DNA of 26,899 bases from the NCBI GenBank assembly GCA_041492755.1, contig JBGPXN010000054.1, positions 1 through 26,899 of the forward strand, in the 5' to 3' direction. The notes beneath the pieces were generated by a model. That model did no database searches. It was not told the DNA's origin and was given only the letters and a program-made list of their open reading frames with translations. Origin of the DNA: Candidatus Methylomirabilia bacterium. GTDB lineage: Bacteria > Methylomirabilota > Methylomirabilia > Rokubacteriales > CSP1-6. Below, in pieces: positions 16,064 through 26,899 of this stretch. Made by a program: the position numbers and the translations under genes. The stretch's first letter is position 1. Each line of letters starts with the position of its first letter.

Positions 16064-18454
16064 GTGTCGGCCCCCCGTTGCATCGCCATCCACGGCCACT
16101 TCTACCAGCCGCCACGCGAGAACCCCTGGCTGGAGGAAGTGGAAGTCCAGGATTCGGCCGCGCCGTACCATGACTGGAACGCCCGGGTGACCGCGGAGTG
16201 CTACGCGCCGAACATCGCGGCCCGGCGGGTGGACGATCAGAACCGCATCGTCGACATCGTCGACAACTTCGAGCAGATCTCCTTCGACGTGGGCCCGACG
16301 CTCATGTCCTGGCTCGAGCGCCACGCCCGACCCGTCTACGACAAGATCGTCGCGTCGGATCGGGCCAGCGCCCGGCGCCGGGGCGGTCACGGCAACGCAA
16401 TTGCTCAGGTCTACAACCACATGATCATGCCGCTCGCGACGCGCCGGGACAAAGTCACCCAGGTCCGGTGGGGTCTGGCCGACTTCCGCGCGCGCTTCGG
16501 GCGTGAGCCGGAGGGGTGCTGGCTGCCGGAGACCGCCGTCGACGACGAGTCGCTCGAGGTGCTCGCCGAGGAGGGTCTCGCGTTCACCATCCTCGCCCCC
16601 CACCAGGCCTGGCGGATTCGCCCTCTCGACGGCGGCGCCTGGGAAGAGGTCGGCGAGCGGATCGACCCCAGCCGGCCGTATCTCTGGCGCGGCCGCGACG
16701 GCCAGACGCTGGCGCTCTTCTTCTACGACGCCCCCATCTCCCGGGCCATCGCCTTCGAGGACGCGCTGGAGAGCAGCGAGAACTTCGTGGCCCGCCTGCG
16801 CGGCGGCTTCTCGGACGCGCGCCCGCGGCCACAGCTCGTGCACTGCGCCACCGACGGCGAGTCCTACGGCCACCACCGCCGGTTCGGCGAGATGGCGCTG
16901 GCGGCGGCGGTGCGGCGGATCGAAGCCGACGGCTTCGCCACCCTCACCAGCTACGGCGCCTTCCTGGCCCAGTCGCCGCCGACGCACGAGGCCGAGATCC
17001 GCCAGAAGAGCTCGTGGAGCTGCGCCCACGGTGTCGAGCGCTGGCGAAGCGACTGCGGCTGCCGCACGCGCCCGGGCTGGCACCAGCGCTGGCGCGCGCC
17101 GCTGCGCGAGGCGCTCGACTGGCTCCGCGATCACGTGGACGCGTTCTACGAAACGCGCGCGCCGCTGCTCCTCAAGGACGCCTGGGCGGCACGCGACGAC
17201 TACGTCGAAGTCGTCCTGGACCGGGCGCGGCGCGGCGACTGGCTCGCGCGCAACGGGCGCGGCGCGCTCGACCCGGCGGCCCGGGTGGAGACGCTGCGCC
17301 TGCTCGAGATGCAGCGCAACCGCCTGCTCATGTACACCTCGTGCGGCTGGTTCTTCGACGACGTCTCCGGGATCGAGCCCGTGCAGAACCTCAAGTACGC
17401 CGCGCTCGCGCTGCAGTACCTCAGAGACCTGGGCGGCGGCTCGCTGGAGACCGAGTTCGCCGAGCGCCTGGCCGCGGCGCCGAGCAACGTGCCCGAGGTC
17501 GGCAACGCTCGGACGCTGTGGACGCGCAGCGTGCAGCCGGGGATGGCCGACCACCGCCGCGTGGCCGCGCACTACGCGATCGCCGGGCTGTTCTGGGACT
17601 ATCCCGACGACGCCCTCGTCTACGCGTGGCGGGTCGAGCGGCTGGACGAGGCGCGCGAGGCGTATCACGGCACCGCCGCGCGCATCGGGCGGGTGCGCGT
17701 TCGCTCGGACCTCACCGGCGACACGCGGGAGCTGATCTACGCCGCGCTCCACTTCGGCGGCCACGACTTCACCTGCGGCATCCGGGCGTTCGACGACGTC
17801 GCCGCCTACGAAGCCATGAAGGTGGACGTGCTCGGCCGGTACGCCCGCCACAGCATGGCCGACGTGGTGCGCGGTCTGGACGATTACTTCCCGCGTGAGG
17901 CCTATTCGCTCGCGCACCTGTTCATCGAGGAGCGGCGTCGCGTCCTGGAGCACGTCACCCGGACCGTGCTGCTCACCCACGAGCAGGCGTACCGGCGTAT
18001 CTGGGACGACAGCCGCCAGCTGGTCCGGTACCTTCGTCAGGTCGACGTCCCGGTTCCGGAGGCGCTCGCGCTGGCCGCCCGTCACGTCCTGGAGCAGGAT
18101 CTCGTGATCGAGCTCGAGCAGACGGCGACCCTCGGCGCCGTCCCCGAGCGCGCGTTCGAGCTCGCCGACGAGGCGCGCTTGCTGCGAATCGAGGTGGACC
18201 TGACGGCCGCCCGTCCCACGCTGCAGGCGGCGGTGCAGCGTGCGCTCGGCGACGTGGCCGCCGCGCCGACGTCCGAGCGGGTCGCGCGCGCGGTCACGCT
18301 CATCGAGGGCGCCGGGCGGGCGGGCGCGCGCTTCCACCGGTGGGGCGCGCAGAACCGGTTCTTCGAGATCTGGCGCGGGCAGCCCGCCGCGCGGCCGGCG
18401 CTTCGGCCTCTGGCCCTCGCGCTCGGCTTCAGCCCGCGGATGGAGATGCTGTGA
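16064..18454 (+). CDS. GH57 glycoside hydrolase with DUF3536 domain
   Basis: IHGHFYQPPRENPW, PYHDWN, WLPETAVD, ATDGESYGHH, SWSCAHGVERW, MYTSCGWFFDD; real start is GTG at 16064, not 15029. Confidence 0.92.
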   Translation: MSAPRCIAIHGHFYQPPRENPWLEEVEVQDSAAPYHDWNARVTAECYAPNIAARRVDDQNRIVDIVDNFEQISFDVGPTLMSWLERHARPVYDKIVASDRASARRRGGHGNAIAQVYNHMIMPLATRRDKVTQVRWGLADFRARFGREPEGCWLPETAVDDESLEVLAEEGLAFTILAPHQAWRIRPLDGGAWEEVGERIDPSRPYLWRGRDGQTLALFFYDAPISRAIAFEDALESSENFVARLRGGFSDARPRPQLVHCATDGESYGHHRRFGEMALAAAVRRIEADGFATLTSYGAFLAQSPPTHEAEIRQKSSWSCAHGVERWRSDCGCRTRPGWHQRWRAPLREALDWLRDHVDAFYETRAPLLLKDAWAARDDYVEVVLDRARRGDWLARNGRGALDPAARVETLRLLEMQRNRLLMYTSCGWFFDDVSGIEPVQNLKYAALALQYLRDLGGGSLETEFAERLAAAPSNVPEVGNARTLWTRSVQPGMADHRRVAAHYAIAGLFWDYPDDALVYAWRVERLDEAREAYHGTAARIGRVRVRSDLTGDTRELIYAALHFGGHDFTCGIRAFDDVAAYEAMKVDVLGRYARHSMADVVRGLDDYFPREAYSLAHLFIEERRRVLEHVTRTVLLTHEQAYRRIWDDSRQLVRYLRQVDVPVPEALALAARHVLEQDLVIELEQTATLGAVPERAFELADEARLLRIEVDLTAARPTLQAAVQRALGDVAAAPTSERVARAVTLIEGAGRAGARFHRWGAQNRFFEIWRGQPAARPALRPLALALGFSPRMEML

Positions 18455-18687
18455 GCGCCGGATCGCCGCCATCGCCGCGCATCCCGCTGGCGACGTATCG
18501 CCTGCCGCTCGGCCCCGGACTGGGCTTCGACGCCGCCGCCGCCCTGGTGCCCTACTCGTCGATCACCTGGTTCGTCACGATCCCGCGGCGCACGGAGACG
18601 GATCCCGAGCGGCTGGCCGCGCGCAAGGCGGTGGGCGCCTGCCTGGCGAGCTTCCCGGCCGCGCTCCTGGGCGCGGAGGCCGCGTGA
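18451..18687 (+). pseudogene. treY: Internally deleted malto-oligosyltrehalose synthase (treY) remnant, 78 codons, still in frame
   Basis: Begins RIPLATYRL.LGPGLGFDAAAALVPY (TreY N-terminus), ends VGACLASFPAALL (TreY-like C-terminus); GTGA overlaps with both neighbours; treZ present in the locus. Confidence 0.78.
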
Positions 18688-19355
18688 GCCCGCTGGCCCG
18701 CGCGCGCCAGCCGTTCGTCTTCATCGGCTGCGTCGAGCTGCGACAGACGCTCGACCGCCGCGCGCAGGACGAGCGCGAGCTGATGGACCGCCTGGAAGAA
18801 GTCCCGCCGGGCTCGCTCTTCTACCACACGCACGGCTATTTCCTCCGCCACCGGCCCCTGACCACGGCGTACGGCAACGACTTCGCGCGCTGGGCCGCCG
18901 TCGAGGTGCGCGATCAAGTTCTCGCCGAGCGGCTGTCGGTCGTCGATCCGTTCGAGTTCTCCGACCTGGAGGCGCTGCGCGAGGAGCTGGTCGGGATCAT
19001 CGACGACCACATCCGCCGGCTGAGCTCGGTGCCGCGGGTGGAGTTCGGTGAGCCGTTCTATTTCCAGCAATCGCACATCGTCGAGATCCCGCTGGGCACG
19101 CCGGTGGAGACCCTCGCCGATTTCCGCGACGGCCTGGCCGCCGTGGACACCAGCGCCATCTACTTCCACATGGTCGAGGCGCGCGCCCGGCTGGGGCGGC
19201 GGGCCGGCGACTTCGCGGAGTGGATCCGGACCTCGCTCGACCTGCCGGATCTCGCCGACCGCATCGCCCGGATCGACACGTTCATGACGAGCCTCGAGCG
19301 GGTGCGCGCCCGGGTGCTCGGCCTCATCGACGTGGCGCTCGAGGGTGAGCGGTGA
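18684..19355 (+). CDS. DUF5752 family protein (TreT-associated)
   Basis: PFVFIGC, SLFYHTH..FLRH....YGNDFARW, internal repeat AIYFHMVEAR.RLG....DFAEW; sits before a TreT-like GT4. Confidence 0.8.
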   Translation: MSPLARARQPFVFIGCVELRQTLDRRAQDERELMDRLEEVPPGSLFYHTHGYFLRHRPLTTAYGNDFARWAAVEVRDQVLAERLSVVDPFEFSDLEALREELVGIIDDHIRRLSSVPRVEFGEPFYFQQSHIVEIPLGTPVETLADFRDGLAAVDTSAIYFHMVEARARLGRRAGDFAEWIRTSLDLPDLADRIARIDTFMTSLERVRARVLGLIDVALEGER

Positions 19356-19380
19356 TGAGGGCCCGGCGCCGGGCGCGGCC

Positions 19381-20574
19381 ATGAATCGCCTCGACGACTA
19401 CCGGCAAGTGGCCCCCCCCGGCGCCGTCGACTTCATCGGCAAGCTTGCCGAGCGCGTGCGCGGTCGCCGATTCCTGCACCTCACCGCCGGCCGCTTCGGG
19501 GCCGGCATCCCGGAAACGCTACGGGTCGTCGTGCCGCTGCTGGGTGAGCTCGGCGTCGAAACCAACTGGGAGATCACCGGAGGGGACCCGACCTTCTTCG
19601 CAACCGCGGCGGCGCTGCGCGCCTCGCTCCAGGGCGCCGAGCGGGTGCTGTCGGACCAGGCCCTCGACCACTACCAGGAGATGAACCGGATCAACGCCAA
19701 GAAGCTTTCGCTCGACGCGGACCTCGTCGTCGCCCACGACGTCGAGCCGGCCGGCCTGATCGCCGGCCGCGGCGACAGTGGCCGCTGGGTGTGGCGCTGC
19801 CACTTCGACTGCTCGCAACCGCAGCGGCGCGCGTGGGCCTTCTTCCGGCGGATCGTCGGGCAGTACGACGCCTCCGTCTTCTCGCTGCCGAAGTTCACGC
19901 GCCGCGTCGGACTGCCGCAGTACGTGATCCACCCGTCGATCGATCCGCTGTCCGAGAAGAACCGCGATCTGTCGTCCCGTGAGGTGGCCACCGCGCTCGA
20001 GGCACTGCGCGTCCCCCGCGACAAGCCCCTGCTCGTGCAGATCGGTCCCTTCACTCCCGAGCAGGATCCGCTGGGGGTGGTCAACGCCTACCGGCTCGTG
20101 AAGAAGCACCACCCGGTGCGCCTGGTTCTGGCCGGCACCGCCGGCGAGGATCCGCGGAGCCGCGACATCGTCTCCGATCTTCGCGAGGTCTCGGTGCAGG
20201 ATGAGGACGTGATCGTGCTCGACCTGCCGCCCGACGCGCATCGGCAAATCAACGCGCTCCAGCGGGCCGCCACCATCGTGCTCATGAAGTCCGTGCGCGA
20301 GGGATTCGGCCTCGGCGCCGCCGAGGCGATGTGGAAGGGCAAGCCGGTGGTGGGCGGCGTCGCGGGCGGGCTCACGCAGCAGATCCTCTACGACATCACG
20401 GGCTACACCGTGCATTCGGTGGAGGGCGCCGCGTTCCGCATCCGTCACCTGCTCAACAATCCGGAGCTGATCGCGCGCATGGGCGCGGCCGGCCGCGAGC
20501 ACGTGCGCCGCGCCTTCCTCATCACCCGGCACTTGACCGACTACCTGGCGCTGCTGATCCACCTGGCGCGGTAG
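19381..20574 (+). CDS. TreT-like (trehalose synthase) GT4 glycosyltransferase with divergent active-site motifs
   Basis: WVWRCH.D, PSIDPLSEKN, INALQRAATIV..KS.REGFGL...EAMWKGKPVVGG, GREHVR..FLITRHL.DYL; start ATG 19381 or GTG 19345. Confidence 0.85.
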   Translation: MNRLDDYRQVAPPGAVDFIGKLAERVRGRRFLHLTAGRFGAGIPETLRVVVPLLGELGVETNWEITGGDPTFFATAAALRASLQGAERVLSDQALDHYQEMNRINAKKLSLDADLVVAHDVEPAGLIAGRGDSGRWVWRCHFDCSQPQRRAWAFFRRIVGQYDASVFSLPKFTRRVGLPQYVIHPSIDPLSEKNRDLSSREVATALEALRVPRDKPLLVQIGPFTPEQDPLGVVNAYRLVKKHHPVRLVLAGTAGEDPRSRDIVSDLREVSVQDEDVIVLDLPPDAHRQINALQRAATIVLMKSVREGFGLGAAEAMWKGKPVVGGVAGGLTQQILYDITGYTVHSVEGAAFRIRHLLNNPELIARMGAAGREHVRRAFLITRHLTDYLALLIHLAR

Positions 20575-20582
20575 GAGGCACG

Positions 20583-21830
20583 GTGAGCCTGGTCGCCCCC
20601 GACACCGAGGTCGATCGCCAGCTCGCCCGCCTCGGGCCGCGCGAGCTCGCCGTCGCCGTGCTCACTTACAACAACGTGGCCACCATCGACGCGGTCGCGA
20701 CGGCGGTGAACGGCGCCCTCGAAACCCGGCCCAACGGGATGGCGGGCGTGATCATCAACGTCGACGTGGGATCGTCCGACGGCACCCCGGAGGCGCTGGC
20801 GCGCGCCGGCGCTCCGCTCCTCTCCGCGCGCGTCACCGCCCCGGTGACCGAGCGCGCCCGGGTGCCGTTCCACGGCGTCCCCGGGCGGGCCGAGGCCCTG
20901 CGCACGGCGCTCACGCTCGCCCAGCGCGTCGGCGCGCGCGTCCTCGTCCTCGTCGAGGCCGACCTCGTCTCGCTGACTCCGCAATGGATCGAGCAGCTCG
21001 CGCGGCCGGTGTGGGCGTCCAAAGCGGACTTCGTCGCCCCCGCCTACGCGCGTCACCGCTACGAAGGCACCATCACCAACTTGCTGCTGAGCCCGATCGT
21101 GCGCGCGCTGTACGGCCGCCGCCTCCGCCAGCCGCTGGGCGGCCAGCAGGCCCTGTCCGCGCGTCTCATCGAGCACCTGCTGGTGCATCCGCAGTGGACG
21201 TGGAGCGGGCGCGAGGTCGTGGATCTCTGGGTGGTCGGCACCGCGATCGCCGACGGCTTTTCGGTGTGGGAGGCGTGGCTCGGCCGCCGCCGCATCGAAT
21301 CCCGCACCCGCAGCACCGAGCTGCCCGCGATGATCTCGGAGACGCTCGGCGCGGTGTTCGCGGTGATGGATCGGCATCAAGATCTCTGGAGGGAGGTGCA
21401 CGGCAGCGAGCCGGTGCCGGCCGTGGGCGACGCCGTCCTGCCCGGTACCGACGCGGTCACCGTCGACGTCGAGCGGCTGCTGGCCGGCTTTCGCCTCGGG
21501 TTGCGCGACCTGGTGCCGATCTGGGAGCACATCCTGGCCGCCGACACGCTCGGCGACGTGCTGAGCCTCGACCCGGAAAGCGCCGACCGCTTCCGGTTTC
21601 CCGACGAGCTGTGGGCGCGCGTCGTCTACGACTTCGCGCTCGGGCACCACTACGCCGTGGTGCATCGCGAGCACCTGCTGCGATCGCTGGTGCCGCTCTA
21701 TCTCGGCCGGACGGCCGCGTTCGTGGCGACGACGCGGGGGCGCAGCGCGGAGGGAACGGAGGCGATGATCGACGCCGTCGGGGTGGCGTTCGAGCAACAG
21801 AAACCCTATCTGACAGAGAGGTGGCGATGA
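20583..21830 (+). CDS. GT-A glycosyltransferase, glucosylglycerate/mannosylglycerate-synthase-like, divergent
   Basis: AGGAGG RBS then GTG at 20583; TYNN..TI, D.GSSDGT, FHGVPG, DFVAP.Y.RH.Y.GTITN, RALYG...RQP.GG, FPDELWARVVYDFA, LVPLYLGR, FEQQKPYL.ERW. Confidence 0.8.
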   Translation: MSLVAPDTEVDRQLARLGPRELAVAVLTYNNVATIDAVATAVNGALETRPNGMAGVIINVDVGSSDGTPEALARAGAPLLSARVTAPVTERARVPFHGVPGRAEALRTALTLAQRVGARVLVLVEADLVSLTPQWIEQLARPVWASKADFVAPAYARHRYEGTITNLLLSPIVRALYGRRLRQPLGGQQALSARLIEHLLVHPQWTWSGREVVDLWVVGTAIADGFSVWEAWLGRRRIESRTRSTELPAMISETLGAVFAVMDRHQDLWREVHGSEPVPAVGDAVLPGTDAVTVDVERLLAGFRLGLRDLVPIWEHILAADTLGDVLSLDPESADRFRFPDELWARVVYDFALGHHYAVVHREHLLRSLVPLYLGRTAAFVATTRGRSAEGTEAMIDAVGVAFEQQKPYLTERWR

Positions 21831-23848
21831 GCGCCATGGCGACGGGGCGTCCCCGCCCCCGCGACGCGGGAGGACCGGGGTCGGAGCCCAGGACGGATCT
21901 CAAGCGGACGGTCGTGATCGAGAACGTCGAGCCGACCGTCGACGGCGGCCGCTACCCGGTCAAGCGCGAGGTCGGCGCCATGGTCGAGGTCAGCGCCGAC
22001 GTCTTCAAGGAAGGCCACGACGTGCTGCAGGCCTTTCTCAAATACCGGCCGGCCGCCGAACCGGGCTGGCGCGAGGCGCGGATGCGCCTGGTCGACAACG
22101 ACCGCTGGGCCGGGACGTTCGCCCTCGAGATCGCCGGCCGCTACGTCTTCACGCTCGAGGCCGTCACCGATCCGTTCCAGTCCTGGCTCATCGACCTCGG
22201 CAAGCGCTGGGACGCCGGGACGGACGTCGCCCCTGAATTACTGGAAGGCGCGGCCCTCGTGCGCGCCGCCCGCGAGCGCGCGGGCGGACGCGCCGGCGAC
22301 ACCACCGCGCTTGGCGACTACGCCGACCGGCTCGCGCGGCCCGGCCACCAGGCCGACGCCGTGGCCATCGCGCGCGATGAACGGCTGGCCGCGCTGATGG
22401 ACGCCTACCTCGATCGTTTGCTGGCCACGCCGGCCGAGCGCGTGTTCGAGATCGTCGCCGACCGCGAGCGCGCGCGTTTCGCCGCCTGGTACGAGTTCTT
22501 TCCCCGATCGACGGGCGGCCCGGGACGGCACGGAACGTTTCCGGACGCCGAGCAGGAGCTCGAGCGGATCGCCGCGATGGGGTTCGACACCGTCTACCTG
22601 CCGCCGATCCATCCCATCGGCCGCGCGCACCGCAAGGGCCCCAACAACTCGTTGACCTCGGGCCCCGGCGACCCGGGCAGCCCGTGGGCCATCGGGAGCG
22701 CCGAAGGCGGGCACATGGCGGTGCATCCCGATCTCGGCACCGTCGTCGATTTCGAGCGGTTCGTGCAGCGCGCGCGCGCGCTCGGGATCGACGTCGCTCT
22801 CGACTTCACCATCCAGGTCTCGCCCGATCATCCCTACGTGGCCGAGCATCCCGAGTGGTTCTTCCACCGGCCCGACGGGACCATCAAGTACGCGGAGAAC
22901 CCGCCCAAGAAGTACCAGGACGTCTATCCGCTCAACTTCTACGGCCCGCACGTGCAGGGGCTGTGGGACGAGATGCGGCGGATCGTCGAGTTCTGGATCG
23001 CGCGCGGGGTGTCGGCCTTCCGCGTGGACAATCCCCACACCAAGCCCGTGCGCTTCTGGGAGTGGCTGATCCGCGAGGTGCAGACGCGTCATCCCGAGGT
23101 CATCTTCCTGGCCGAGGCGTTCACGCGGCCCAAGATGATGAAGGTCCTGGCCAAGGCCGGCTTCACGCAGTCGTACACCTACTTCACCTGGCGCACCAGC
23201 CAGGCCGAGCTCACGGACTACCTCACGGAGATCACGACGCCGCCGGTGGCGGACTACTTCCGCGGCCACCTCTGGCCGAACACGCCCGACATCCTGCATC
23301 ACACGCTGGTCTCCGGCGGCCGGCCCGCGTTCCAGATGCGGCTGGTCCTCGCCGCCACCCTGTCGTCCCTCTACGGCATCTACAGCGGCTACGAGCTGGG
23401 CGAGAACGTGCCGTTCGCCGAGGGCAGCGAGGAGTACCTGCACTCCGAGAAGTACGAGATCAAGACCCGTGACTGGAACGCGCCCGGCAACCTGGTCGCT
23501 TTCGTCACCCTCGTCAACCGCATCCGCCACGAGCACCGCGCCCTGCAGCTCTACGACAATCTGAAGTTCTATTCCTCCGACGATCCGAACGTCCTCTGGT
23601 ACGGCAAGATGACGCCCGACCAGGGCGACGTGGTCTTCGTCGCCGCCAACCTCGATCCCCACGCCTGGCATTCGGCGATGGTCGACGTGCCTCTCGGCGA
23701 CCTCGGGATCGGCGACGGCGAGCCGTACCGGATGCGCGATCTCCTCACCGACCGCGTGTGGGAGTGGCGGGGCCGGCAGGGCTACGTGCAGCTCGATCCG
23801 GGCGCGGGCGAGCCGGTGCAGATCTTCGCGCTGGAGCGCATGCGCTGA
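21827..23848 (+). CDS. glgE: Alpha-1,4-glucan:maltose-1-phosphate maltosyltransferase
   Basis: [35 protein letters not shown]...[46 protein letters not shown] overlap at 21827-21830. Confidence 0.96.
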   Translation: MSAMATGRPRPRDAGGPGSEPRTDLKRTVVIENVEPTVDGGRYPVKREVGAMVEVSADVFKEGHDVLQAFLKYRPAAEPGWREARMRLVDNDRWAGTFALEIAGRYVFTLEAVTDPFQSWLIDLGKRWDAGTDVAPELLEGAALVRAARERAGGRAGDTTALGDYADRLARPGHQADAVAIARDERLAALMDAYLDRLLATPAERVFEIVADRERARFAAWYEFFPRSTGGPGRHGTFPDAEQELERIAAMGFDTVYLPPIHPIGRAHRKGPNNSLTSGPGDPGSPWAIGSAEGGHMAVHPDLGTVVDFERFVQRARALGIDVALDFTIQVSPDHPYVAEHPEWFFHRPDGTIKYAENPPKKYQDVYPLNFYGPHVQGLWDEMRRIVEFWIARGVSAFRVDNPHTKPVRFWEWLIREVQTRHPEVIFLAEAFTRPKMMKVLAKAGFTQSYTYFTWRTSQAELTDYLTEITTPPVADYFRGHLWPNTPDILHHTLVSGGRPAFQMRLVLAATLSSLYGIYSGYELGENVPFAEGSEEYLHSEKYEIKTRDWNAPGNLVAFVTLVNRIRHEHRALQLYDNLKFYSSDDPNVLWYGKMTPDQGDVVFVAANLDPHAWHSAMVDVPLGDLGIGDGEPYRMRDLLTDRVWEWRGRQGYVQLDPGAGEPVQIFALERMR

Positions 23849-23858
23849 GGGGGGCGCG

Positions 23859-25531
<1,673 letters not shown>

Positions 25532-25532
<1 letters not shown>

Positions 25533-26899
25533 TGACGTTGCCCGGTTTGGACGCGCTCGCTGACTGGCTGGCCGGGCAGCGGTGGTTCGCGGGCAAGACC
25601 CGGCGTATCGCCGGCATGAGGACGGTGGACGCGGTGCCGCTGGCCGGTTCTGTCGTCGTCATCCTGGAGGTCACGCTGGACGACGGGAGCGTGCAGCACT
25701 ACGCGGCGCCGCTCCGGGCGGGGTCGACGGTGGTCGACGCGCTGGACGATCCGGAGCTCGGCCGCGCGCTGCTCGAGCTGGTGACACGCGGCGGGCACGC
25801 GGCCGGCGCCGCGGGCGATCTTTACGGCGAGCCCGTCGTCGCCAGCCTGCTCGACGTGCCGCGCGACCTGTCGGTCCGGCGGCTGCCGGCCGAGCAGAGC
25901 AACACCTCGGTGGTCTTCGGCCGCGCGCTCATCCTCAAGTTCTTTCGAAAGCTCGCGGTCGGCATCAACCCCGAAGTGGAGATCGGCCGCTTCCTCACCG
26001 AGCGCGCGCGGTTTCTTTACACCCCGCGCCTGGCCGGCCACCTCGAGTACCGAGGAGCCGATGGAACGACGACCGCGATCGCGGTGGTCCAGGAGCTCGT
26101 GGAAGGCGCGCGCGACGGCTGGGAGTGGATGCTCGAACAGCTCACCGCGTTCTACGGGCAGGCGGCCCGCGCGGGGCGCTCACCGTCGGCGGATCACGTC
26201 GCCGCTCTCGGGGCGCCGGCCCTGGCCGCGCTGCGCCGGCTTGGCGAGCAGACGGCCGCCCTGCACCGTGCGCTCGCCAGCGACACCCGCGACCCGGCGT
26301 TCGCGCCGGCGCCCATCACCGCGAGCGACGTGCAGACGTGGAGCGCCGGCATCCGCGCCCAGCTCGCGGCGGCCCGCGCCGTGCTGGGTGACGATCGGAC
26401 GCTGGCGGAGGTTCCCGACGCGGCCGGGGGGCTCGACAGCCTGCTTGGCCGGCACAAGATCCGGCACCACGGCGATTTTCACCTCGGGCAGACGCTGTAT
26501 CGCCCGGGCGCCGGCGAATTCGTGATCATCGACTTCGAGGGCGAGCCGATCCGCCCGCTCGAAGAGCGGCGACGCAAGCATGCCGCCGTGCGGGATGCGG
26601 CCGGGCTCTTGCGCTCCCTGGACTACGCCGCGGTGGTGGCACGACGTGACGGCGGCGACGAGCTCGCCGCGTGGGGCGAGGCGTGGACGGCGGAGGCCGA
26701 GCGCGCCTACCTCGCCGGCTACCGGGCGACCCTCGCCGACGCCAGCTTCCTTCCCGCGACCGAAAGGGGCTTCCTCGCGGCGCTGGCCGCCTTCGAGCTG
26801 GAAAAGGCCGCGTACGAGGTGGTGTACGAGGCCAACCACCGGCCCGACTGGATCGGCATTCCGCGCCGCGGACTCCTCAGGGCCGCTGCTCGCCTGCAC
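25532..26899 (+). CDS. mak: Maltokinase (Mak/Pep2), stop beyond the window
   Basis: Not in the ORF track. TAATG overlap with treS; translates MTLPGLDALADWLAGQRWFAGK...AEQSNTSVVF...KIRHHGDFHLGQ...IDFEGEP...ELEKAAYEVVYEANHRPDWI. Confidence 0.92.

Overview
High-GC bacterial chromosomal window (gene style resembles Rokubacteria/Methylomirabilota-type soil bacteria; this is inference only). Left to right: a partial xanthine-oxidase-family molybdoprotein large subunit (PYRGAGR loop) preceded by a yeast-type cytosine deaminase; a lower-GC ~2 kb segment with a 15-bp triple repeat, a small protein carrying a eukaryote-spaced C2H2 zinc finger, and an orphan ABC substrate-binding protein; a translationally coupled operon of a SAM-methyltransferase-like protein, a single-domain 'core' methionine synthase and a MetF-MetV (MTHFR/Fe-S) fusion downstream of tRNA-Phe(GAA); PCuAC-like lipoprotein, class III aminotransferase and DUF4392/D-glutamate-cyclase-like genes; then a large trehalose/alpha-glucan locus (treZ divergent from GH57 branching enzyme, glgC, GH57-DUF3536, a 78-codon internally deleted treY relic, DUF5752, two glycosyltransferases with apparently degenerate active sites, glgE, treS, partial maltokinase). 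The best candidates for new biology are the methyl-transfer operon, the C2H2 protein, the treY relic and the paired putative pseudo-glycosyltransferases. All family assignments come from recalled motifs; no database search was run.
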